This document shows, one piece after another, positions 1-6,764 of a DNA stretch of 42,037 bases (its first letter is position 1; every line of letters begins with the position of its first letter). The notes beneath the pieces are model-generated. The model had not been told where the DNA came from. It made no database searches and worked only from the letters and a program-made list of their open reading frames with translations. The DNA is from a virus (lineage: Duplodnaviria; Caudoviricetes): positions 1 through 42,037 of IMG/VR virus record IMGVR_UViG_3300037467_000887; one strand, given 5' to 3'. The position numbers and the translations under genes are program-made.

Positions 1-15
1 GAATAGGACAAGCCA

Positions 16-51
16 AGAAAAACGGGCTAAGACTGGTGACCCTAACCCGTT
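16..51 (-). terminator. Rho-independent terminator downstream of the tRNA fragment
   Basis: - strand ACGGGTTAGG-loop-CTTAGCCCGT followed by TTTTCTT. Confidence 0.55.
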
Positions 52-68
52 GATCTTATTGAATAAAA

Positions 69-113
69 TGGCGCGGCTGGCAGGAATCGAACCCACGACC
101 CCTTGGTTCGTAG
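69..113 (-). other. att core: 3' half of tRNA-Arg(ACG), from anticodon loop to CCA; not a complete tRNA
   Basis: - strand CTACGAACCAAGGGGTCGTGGGTTCGATTCCTGCCAGCCGCGCCA contains the anticodon loop CTACGAA, the T-loop GTTCGA and the CCA end. Sequence beyond 113 does not continue as a tRNA 5' half. Confidence 0.9.
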
Positions 114-246
114 ACTCACTCCCCTTTATTCACTTTCCCTTTCCTATTCAACGACTTAGGCCACACCAAGTGTCCTATTCCGGGCGCGCTCGCGCCTGTG
201 TAAGCCGTTGATTTTATTGACTTTGCATTTTCCGAATAGGACAGCA

Positions 247-795
247 ATGAGTAAGAATTTTGACCTGGAGATGCTCCTGCAGATGGCGCATTCCCCGCTG
301 GAAAACTATGTGATTCCCGGACTGACCAGCAAGCTGATCGGTGCGCCGTCACCATACGGCACCGTCCGGCTGTTCGAGTGTAGCAGGGATCACCAGGAAT
401 CCATCACGCCGCACAGCCATCGCTTCGACCTCCAGTGCTGGGTGCTGAAGGGAAAAGTCAGGAATCGGATCTGGACCGAAGTCGGTTACGCCAACGAGAG
501 CGGCGACATGTATTGCGCCACCACCATGCGTTACGACGGTTCAGTAGGGAAATACCAGCGCGAGGACGGCATCTCGGGGCGCTGGGTGTACGGCGACTAC
601 CTCTACGCTGCCGGTGACTGGTACGCCATGAAAGCGGACGAGGTCCACTCGATCTATTTCTCCAAGGGAGCAAAGGTGCTGTTCTTCGAGGGGCCGATGC
701 TGGAAGAGACATCCATCATCTTGGAGCCGGTAGTCAATGGCGAAGTGATTCCCACCATGAAAGTGGAACCCTGGATGTTTAAGAGGAAATCATGA
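247..795 (+). CDS. Hypothetical protein, probable cupin fold
   Basis: ATG at 247 after AGGA. Motifs ITPHSHRFD and GDWYAMKADEVHSI match the two cupin metal-binding motifs. Confidence 0.6.
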   Translation: MSKNFDLEMLLQMAHSPLENYVIPGLTSKLIGAPSPYGTVRLFECSRDHQESITPHSHRFDLQCWVLKGKVRNRIWTEVGYANESGDMYCATTMRYDGSVGKYQREDGISGRWVYGDYLYAAGDWYAMKADEVHSIYFSKGAKVLFFEGPMLEETSIILEPVVNGEVIPTMKVEPWMFKRKS

Positions 796-1148
796 AGGTA
801 TCTGATCTGGAAGGCGCCCTGCTCGATTACTGGGTCGCCAAGGCGGCAGGATTGCATCCGATCCCAAACGAACCTCGCGGGTTCTTCTACTGGATTGATG
901 ACGGAGCAGCCTGCTCAGGATGGTGGTCGCCATCCACGATATGGAGCCAAGGTGGCCCGCTCATCGAGCGCGAACAAATCACGATTATTGACTGCGCTAT
1001 CAAATGGGTAGCCATGGTTCGCCAGACATGGGGATGGGATGGTCCATGGTCTAAATTCGAGGCCGCAGGCCCGACACCCCTGGTCGCCGCCATGCGCGCC
1101 TATGTGGCCAGCAAATATGGCGAGGAGGTTCCCGATGAAGGTCAGTGA
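792..1148 (+). CDS. NinX/DUF2591-family phage protein
   Basis: MKVSDLEGALLDYWVAKA ... PSTIWSQGGPLIERE ... GPTPLVAAMRAYVASKYGEEV. Confidence 0.85.
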   Translation: MKVSDLEGALLDYWVAKAAGLHPIPNEPRGFFYWIDDGAACSGWWSPSTIWSQGGPLIEREQITIIDCAIKWVAMVRQTWGWDGPWSKFEAAGPTPLVAAMRAYVASKYGEEVPDEGQ

Positions 1149-1461
1149 ACTGGAAGGCGCCCTGCTCGATTACTGGGTGGCCAAGGCGGATGGCGTGGAT
1201 GTGCATATCGACAAAACACTCCACCGCTGCTTCATTCCCAGCCCGACCGATCCCCAGTGGGATACCGATTATCTGCCGTCACAGCGGTGGGAAGAAGGTG
1301 GCGAGATCATCGAGCGCGAGAAGCTGATCTCCAGCTACTTCAATGACCGCTGGTGGTTCTGGAACGAGAAGACGCCAATGATCAGCGGGCCATCTCCCTT
1401 GGTGGCGGCGATGCGCGCCTATGTGCATAGCGTCTATGGGCAGGAGGTGGCAGATGAGTAA
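1135..1461 (+). CDS. NinX/DUF2591-family phage protein (second paralog)
   Basis: MKVSELEGALLDYWVAKA ... PSQRWEEGGEIIERE ... GPSPLVAAMRAYV. ATG at 1135 with GAGGAGG upstream. Confidence 0.85.
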   Translation: MKVSELEGALLDYWVAKADGVDVHIDKTLHRCFIPSPTDPQWDTDYLPSQRWEEGGEIIEREKLISSYFNDRWWFWNEKTPMISGPSPLVAAMRAYVHSVYGQEVADE

Positions 1462-2095
1462 GCCATTCAATCCAGACATACTGAGCGACCGTGAACGCAT
1501 CCTGATGCGGATTATTGAGCAACTTTCGAGTACCCAGTTAATGCGATCAAGGAATAGGAGTTGGAGCAGCGTGGATTACGCCGATACGTCTGGCGGTCAC
1601 TATGTTCACTTCGCTTATTGGGATGACCCTAAACCGGGTGACTTGGTCTTGGCCAAGACGGGTCCGTTGTCGCCATGGAAGATCGGCTTCTATGTCGAGC
1701 CGCTTTCCGGCGACTTTGGAGGCGCCGTGATCCGCGAGATCGGCAGTGAACGCTTGTGTAATTACACCAATGAGAGTTTCGTGCCGATCGTTGGATTGTC
1801 CACTATCGATCTGCTCGAAAGTGAACAGCGCCAGTTCTACTACAAGGTCTTAAAGGCCTTCCATCGCGGTGACGAATACCTGTACCGATTCGGTGGCATC
1901 CGCTTTAAGGACAACGTGGCGACGGTCACGATCCGCGAAAGATGGGGTGGGCTTGGCGCTGACTCGGTGCCGTTCACTGTCGACATCGAGATGCGTAAGC
2001 GGATGGCGATAAAAGCGATCCTAGCCAAACTGCGTGAAGGCGGCTATGGCACCAAGAGCTTCAGGCCTGTCGAGGCCATTAACCAAGGAGAGTAA
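1454..2095 (+). CDS. Hypothetical phage protein
   Basis: ATG overlaps the end of the previous gene, with GGAGG RBS. 213-aa ORF. Confidence 0.75.
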   Translation: MSKPFNPDILSDRERILMRIIEQLSSTQLMRSRNRSWSSVDYADTSGGHYVHFAYWDDPKPGDLVLAKTGPLSPWKIGFYVEPLSGDFGGAVIREIGSERLCNYTNESFVPIVGLSTIDLLESEQRQFYYKVLKAFHRGDEYLYRFGGIRFKDNVATVTIRERWGGLGADSVPFTVDIEMRKRMAIKAILAKLREGGYGTKSFRPVEAINQGE

Positions 2096-2097
2096 AG

Positions 2098-2373
2098 ATG
2101 GAAGAAGTGAAAGCAGTCGATCTGACCGATGGCGCCCCAAACGAGCCGCAGCAGCCAGCTGCCGTGGTCGAGGCCGTCAAGATGGAGCAGCAGGACCAGG
2201 TGATGATGCAGACCGGTATCACCAGCAATGGCCTGGTCGTGCTGGCCTTCGCCATGCCGGTCGCCGAACTCGGTTTCCCGCCGCAGATGGCGGTCGATCT
2301 GGCCAAGAAATTGGTCGAGCATGCGATCGAGCTGGGCTATCCGAAGCCGGTCAGGCTGGAGATCGGAGCGTGA
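2098..2373 (+). CDS. Hypothetical protein
   Basis: AAGGAG RBS; tightly packed in the operon. Confidence 0.7.
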   Translation: MEEVKAVDLTDGAPNEPQQPAAVVEAVKMEQQDQVMMQTGITSNGLVVLAFAMPVAELGFPPQMAVDLAKKLVEHAIELGYPKPVRLEIGA

Positions 2374-2374
2374 G

Positions 2375-2587
2375 ATGGGATGGTCAAGCGGAAGCACATT
2401 GATGAGCGCCGTGATTGTTGCCCTGAACAAATCAGGCGTGGCGGATCGACGGCGGCTGGCATTCTATAAGGAAATCATCCCTGTCTTTGAGGACCAGGAC
2501 TGGGATACCCCGGACGAATGCGAGGGAGAAGATCCGACCTTTGACGCAGCAATGCGGGAGCTGCAGCCTGAATGGTACGAAGAATGA
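2375..2587 (+). CDS. Hypothetical acidic phage protein (MGWSSGS...)
   Basis: ATG at 2375 after GGAG; stop overlaps the next start. Confidence 0.65.
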   Translation: MGWSSGSTLMSAVIVALNKSGVADRRRLAFYKEIIPVFEDQDWDTPDECEGEDPTFDAAMRELQPEWYEE

Positions 2588-3036
2588 ACGATAGCCAAAT
2601 CCGCGAGATCTTCCTCGCCAACGGCTTCACGATCAAGGAGGGACAGACCGATCTGAAGCCGTATGTCTACGCGGCAGCACGCGCCCTGCTGGCTGCCGCA
2701 GATCGCCCATCCGTTGCGGAGAAGGCGCATGCTGCACTGGCTAATTACCGCCATGAATGGAAAGAATCAGATCGTTCATCTCATGTCGGATGGATCAAGA
2801 CAGACGACAGGCTGCCGGATGCTGACACTCCTGTCTTACTGCTTCACTACAACGGAACGATTTATGAAGGAGAACTCCGTTGGGAGCGCCCGACCTACGA
2901 AGAAACATTCCAGCCATATCAATATTTCATTGATGCTGATGAAAATTCGGATTGGGAGTGGTCGGACATCACCCACTGGATGCCGAAGCTGGAAACGCCG
3001 CTTGATCACCCCTCCAGTTGCACGAAGGAATCGTAA
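2584..3036 (+). CDS. DUF551-domain phage protein
   Basis: C-terminal WIKTDDRLPD...VLL...ITHWMP signature. Confidence 0.8.
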   Translation: MNDSQIREIFLANGFTIKEGQTDLKPYVYAAARALLAAADRPSVAEKAHAALANYRHEWKESDRSSHVGWIKTDDRLPDADTPVLLLHYNGTIYEGELRWERPTYEETFQPYQYFIDADENSDWEWSDITHWMPKLETPLDHPSSCTKES

Positions 3037-3128
3037 ACAGGTTTGCGCTATCTCATAGGTAGCCTAGAGCATTTTGCTACAGTCCACAAAAAACCAATCA
3101 GGGAGCCCCACTACCAAGGAGACACTTC

Positions 3129-4214
3129 ATGGCTTCCCCGAGCTGGCCGCGCCGTGCGGCAGCAATTCTTTCTTGCGTTCTGTTATCTTCCTGTGGCGGC
3201 GGTGGCGGCAGCGACACTCCCCCGCTGGGGTCTTCCACCGCCAGCACCGCCTCCACCCCCGGCCGCATCCAATGCAGCACAGCGGTCATCGGCAGCATGG
3301 CCGACACGACGTGCCAGCCAGACGGCCCGGCCACGCCCGCCGCGCCAGGGATCGCCACTGGCACCACGCCCTCGAATGTCACGGCGACCACGACACCGGC
3401 CAGCAGCCCGCCGGCAACCGGCACCACGCCGACCGTGGTCGTGCAGCCGACGTCTCCCAATGTGCCGGTCAATGTCACGGTCACCGGCTCGACGGCGCAG
3501 TCCGCCTCGGATGCGACCGCCCAGGCCGGTGCCGCGGCAGCTGCCGGCAATACGACGCCACCGCCAGCACGACCGGCCGATCCGACGCTGCCACCGCTGC
3601 CGCCGGGACAGGAATTTCCGCAGACCTTCGTCGCCGCGGTTTCGCTCGCTCCCGATGATGGCGCCACCATCAGCGGCGTGGTCCGGCTGGCCATTGCCGG
3701 CGACAACATCGCCAACGCGGAACTCCTGCCTCCTGTCGGCTATGAGCCGAAGTATGCGATCTTCCGCCAGGAAATGCCGACCCGCTTCCTGGATGTCGAC
3801 TGGGACACGACCAAGCTACCAAATGGTCCAATCTCGGTGCGGATCTCCGCGTTCGACCACCCTGCTGGTGACCCGCGCGCCCAGGAAATCGTGGCCATGC
3901 AGGTGCGGACCTGGATCATCCAGAACCAGCCGAAACTGATCACGCTGGCAGACCTGCCGTACGTCGACCCGGGGCCGCTGATCTCGCTGGTGAACCTGCC
4001 TGATCCGCTGCTCCAGGACCGGCTGACGAACCACTGGCCGGAAACGGAAGACCTGCTGCACAAGTACATCCCGGCCGGCGTCGATTTCGCGCCAGGCGTG
4101 CCGCTCGGGTTCTACGGTCCCTGGAAGAGCTGCCTGACGCAGCATGGCCTGCTGGCCTGCCGCGAGCACATGAGCCAATTGATTTCCCTGGAAAACAGCA
4201 AGGCGCCAAAATGA
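3129..4214 (+). CDS. Secreted lipoprotein with Thr/Pro-rich linker and bacterial Ig-like domain (cargo gene)
   Basis: AAGGAG RBS; signal peptide with lipobox LLSS|CGGGGGS; long T/P/A linker; Ig-like segment APDDGATISGVVRL...WDTTKLPNGPISVRISAFD. Confidence 0.75.
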   Translation: MASPSWPRRAAAILSCVLLSSCGGGGGSDTPPLGSSTASTASTPGRIQCSTAVIGSMADTTCQPDGPATPAAPGIATGTTPSNVTATTTPASSPPATGTTPTVVVQPTSPNVPVNVTVTGSTAQSASDATAQAGAAAAAGNTTPPPARPADPTLPPLPPGQEFPQTFVAAVSLAPDDGATISGVVRLAIAGDNIANAELLPPVGYEPKYAIFRQEMPTRFLDVDWDTTKLPNGPISVRISAFDHPAGDPRAQEIVAMQVRTWIIQNQPKLITLADLPYVDPGPLISLVNLPDPLLQDRLTNHWPETEDLLHKYIPAGVDFAPGVPLGFYGPWKSCLTQHGLLACREHMSQLISLENSKAPK

Positions 4215-4399
4215 TTGAGTTCACCAAGGAAGAAGTCGACCTGTTCCGGCAATGGTTCGACAATGAGCAAGCCTTGAACCGCAAGTACCTGGAGCAGTCC
4301 GACTATAAGCTGGCCAAGAAGTTGTATGAGAAGCTCGGCATGCGGGTGCCGTCGAGCATCATTGAGGGAGCGAACCCCCGCGCCAGGGAGTTGCGCTAG
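4211..4399 (+). CDS. Hypothetical protein
   Basis: ATGA overlap with the upstream stop; 62 aa. Confidence 0.6.
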   Translation: MIEFTKEEVDLFRQWFDNEQALNRKYLEQSDYKLAKKLYEKLGMRVPSSIIEGANPRARELR

Positions 4400-4611
4400 A
4401 AGACACACTTGAAGCCGACCCGCGCGCCATCGACCCGGTCCAGGTCAAAGACGTGCGGCGTCGGCTTCAGTGGCGACGGTTTGAGCATCGGCTCAAAGGT
4501 TGGGCGGCACTTCACCGCCAATGCCGTGGTCGCGGGAAGTGGCGGTAGTGAAGTACAGGTTGACAAAAATAATGATGCCGTCACACAGCTTATTGACGAA
4601 CGCAGTGTCAA
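4396..4611 (-). CDS. Candidate embedded lipoprotein (o-spanin/Rz1-like)
   Basis: TTG start at 4611 gives MTLRSSISCVTASLFLST|CTSLPPLP..., Pro-rich, 71 aa, overlapping the 4493-4777 gene out of frame. Confidence 0.35.
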   Translation of the reverse strand: MTLRSSISCVTASLFLSTCTSLPPLPATTALAVKCRPTFEPMLKPSPLKPTPHVFDLDRVDGARVGFKCVF

Positions 4612-4777
4612 CCCAAGCAGGGATGTGGACGCCCCAGGCCGCGCCGTACTGGATCGCCACCAGCACGAAGGCAGCCAGCGCCGTGGCGGTGATTTGCCCA
4701 GTTCTCCAGGCGGCGGCATTGGTCAGCTCCTTCCCTTTTTGCAGAACCTCAAAAATTCCAGTTAATTTGTCAAACAT
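4493..4777 (-). CDS. Small membrane protein, holin-like lysis accessory
   Basis: GGGAGG RBS; two hydrophobic segments; last gene of the lysis region. Confidence 0.65.
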   Translation of the reverse strand: MFDKLTGIFEVLQKGKELTNAAAWRTGQITATALAAFVLVAIQYGAAWGVHIPAWVDTAFVNKLCDGIIIFVNLYFTTATSRDHGIGGEVPPNL

Positions 4778-4796
4778 GATTACCTCCCTATCAAAG

Positions 4797-4816
4797 AAAA
4801 AAAGTGGCCTAGCCAC
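4797..4816 (-). terminator. Rho-independent terminator
   Basis: GTGGC-TAG-GCCAC followed by T7 on the - strand. Confidence 0.5.
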
Positions 4817-4847
4817 ACGTAAAAAAGCGACAGCAACATGACTTCTC

Positions 4848-5807
4848 CTAGACTTGAATGACCTGGCCGCGGAAGAACACCAGTCCGGCGTCTTCGTCGA
4901 CGACTTCGAGCAATTCCGGCGGCATCAGCCGGCCCTGGTGGAACGTGAGCACGGCAAATCCCGAGCGGTGGTTGGCGGGCGCATCCTCGCCATACGTGAA
5001 CTGTTCGCCCTGCGGGCACGCCAGCGTGCCGGTATCGACCGCATAGCGGGTGCCGTTGTAGTCGGTATAGGGCCGGACCTGCAGCGCGTGCAGATGGCCG
5101 GTGATCATCGAGGTGCCGGACTTTAAGACGTTGTTCCAGGTCGCGTGAATCCCGTTGTGCCAGCGGTGCTTGATCATCGTGTGGCCGTTGACCATGGCAG
5201 ACACCCCGAATTTCCAGCCCGGGAAGTGGTCGGCCAGGTTGAAGCCCTTGACGCCCTCGAACTGCGCCGCGTGTTGCGCCAGCCGGTTGTTGAAGCGCAT
5301 GTCGTGGTTGCCCCAGTTCCAGATCCGTACGGCGCTCGGGCACGCCTGTTCCAGCTCGCCGGTGCGGTCATCGACCGCTTCGAGTTCCTGTTTGACGGTC
5401 GGGCGGGCTTCCCACATGATGCGGTCATGCCGGCTGATGTCGGCGCCGTCGAGCGCATCGCCGTTGAGCACCAGCAGTTTCGGCTTGAGTTCGCGCACCG
5501 CCACCACCAGCGCCCGGTGCGCGGTCGAGATCATCTCCGGGCGGTAATGCGCGTCCGACGCCACGATGGCGATGCCAGTCTCAATTGAGACATTCACCCG
5601 TACACCATTCTCAGGATAGACGACCTGGAAGTCGGGGCTTCTGGGATGCGTGCCGGCCAGCACGATGCCGTGCTTGCGCTCAAGGTTGCGCCGGCGCCGG
5701 TGGACGTTGGCCATGGCGATGCCGAGTATTTCTCCTACCTTGGTCGCGGAACCGTGTTCGTTCCAGAGCGCGATGAATTCGTCATCGCTGCAGACTGCTA
5801 TTGTCAT
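4848..5807 (-). CDS. Calcineurin-like metallophosphoesterase with N-terminal HTH-like region
   Basis: Motifs SDAH, NGDALD, GNHD, KH and GHLH. ATG at 5807 (MTIAVCSDDEF). Confidence 0.85.
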   Translation of the reverse strand: MTIAVCSDDEFIALWNEHGSATKVGEILGIAMANVHRRRRNLERKHGIVLAGTHPRSPDFQVVYPENGVRVNVSIETGIAIVASDAHYRPEMISTAHRALVVAVRELKPKLLVLNGDALDGADISRHDRIMWEARPTVKQELEAVDDRTGELEQACPSAVRIWNWGNHDMRFNNRLAQHAAQFEGVKGFNLADHFPGWKFGVSAMVNGHTMIKHRWHNGIHATWNNVLKSGTSMITGHLHALQVRPYTDYNGTRYAVDTGTLACPQGEQFTYGEDAPANHRSGFAVLTFHQGRLMPPELLEVVDEDAGLVFFRGQVIQV

Positions 5808-5815
5808 GGCTTCCC

Positions 5816-6025
5816 CTAGCTGCTGAACTTGATGACGTGGTGCCAGCACCGATATGTTGGCGGCGCGGGTGGGCGGCCCCACTTGCCCACTCCTTCGTTG
5901 TCGACGATCCAGACCAGCGGCGCTTGCCAGCACTCGGCGATGTCCTGGTGCAGGTCCACCACCACGCGGTGAGCACAGTTGGCGCAGCAAAGGCCGGGAT
6001 CGTCTTTCTTCTTGCGCGTGGCCAT
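5816..6025 (-). CDS. Small Cys-rich protein, possibly Zn-binding
   Basis: CCANCAH...C...C-WH pattern; start overlaps the endolysin stop. Confidence 0.6.
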   Translation of the reverse strand: MATRKKKDDPGLCCANCAHRVVVDLHQDIAECWQAPLVWIVDNEGVGKWGRPPAPPTYRCWHHVIKFSS

Positions 6026-6513
6026 TACAGATCCTCCGCGGCGTAGTCCAGGTCGGTGGCGATGCGATCGGCCCAGCCACGGCCGAAGTCGGCCCAGCGC
6101 GACAGCTTGCGCATGAACCGCAGGCGCTGTGCCAGGAACCGCATCAGCACCTTGGCTTCCGCCATGTTGGCCAGCGCCGATTGCGAATACGGCCCGAAGT
6201 AGCCGTCGTCGGCAGTGTCAACGGCACGCTGCAGCATGCGGATGGCATTGCCGATGCCATGGTTGACGGCGGCGTCGAACACCTGGAACATCACCGCGTC
6301 GTGCAGGAACGCGCCGCACTTGTCCCAGAAATCGCGCTTGTAGATCGCCTTGGCGTCGTCGCGGGTCAGGCTGGCGATGTCGAGGTCCGGGTATTCGCGC
6401 TTGGAGATGCCCCACTTAGTTTCGCCGCCGGGATCTCTCGGGTTGTTGACGTACCCATCCTCGATCCCGAGCGTGCGCTCGACCGCGATGGCGAAAGTGA
6501 CGGTCTTGCTCAT
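6025..6513 (-). CDS. Endolysin, glycoside hydrolase family 108 with C-terminal peptidoglycan-binding domain
   Basis: EDGYVNNPRDPGGETKWGIS motif; FDAAVNHG; FGRGWADRI. Confidence 0.92.
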   Translation of the reverse strand: MSKTVTFAIAVERTLGIEDGYVNNPRDPGGETKWGISKREYPDLDIASLTRDDAKAIYKRDFWDKCGAFLHDAVMFQVFDAAVNHGIGNAIRMLQRAVDTADDGYFGPYSQSALANMAEAKVLMRFLAQRLRFMRKLSRWADFGRGWADRIATDLDYAAEDL

Positions 6514-6698
6514 CGCTCGTCGTCCTCCATCCTGGCCAGCTGCTGTCGCTTGCGGCGGATGTCGAGCAGGATGTCGTAGATGCGCAGCACCGCCCAGATG
6601 GCGGTACACACCATGATCGTGGTCGGCAAATAGCCGCCGAGCGCCGCCACCACGGTGCCGATGAATGCCCCGTCAACGACGGGCTTGTATTGATCCAC
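6510..6698 (-). CDS. Holin (predicted)
   Basis: 62 aa with hydrophobic segments and a highly charged C-tail. Directly upstream of and overlapping the endolysin; GGGAG RBS. Confidence 0.7.
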   Translation of the reverse strand: MDQYKPVVDGAFIGTVVAALGGYLPTTIMVCTAIWAVLRIYDILLDIRRKRQQLARMEDDER

Positions 6699-6721
6699 TG
6701 CAGACTCCCTATACGATGAGC

Positions 6722-6746
6722 AAAAAAAAGCCCCGCATCGCGGGGC
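6722..6746 (-). terminator. Rho-independent terminator after the ejection-protein operon
   Basis: GCCCCGC-GAT-GCGGGGC followed by T8 on the - strand. Confidence 0.85.
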
Positions 6747-6764
6747 ACTTGGAGAGGGAGGGAG

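Larger units (their letters stand above)
1..243. repeat. Integrase arm-type repeats GAATAGGACA and IHF-like boxes of attP
   Basis: GAATAGGACA at 1-10 and 234-243, inverted at 171-180, partial inverted at 141-149. WATCAAnnnnTTR-like boxes near 43-55, 146-158 and 201-213. Confidence 0.7.

Noticed and set aside
69-113. Functional tRNA-Arg gene
   Set aside because: Only the anticodon loop to CCA is present, with no D-arm or 5' acceptor strand; interpreted as att core
5808-6080. Extended N-termini given by the ORF track (e.g. 4848-6080, 27823-28548, 39651-40031)
   Set aside because: They overlap better-supported neighbouring genes or non-coding DNA; internal ATGs were preferred
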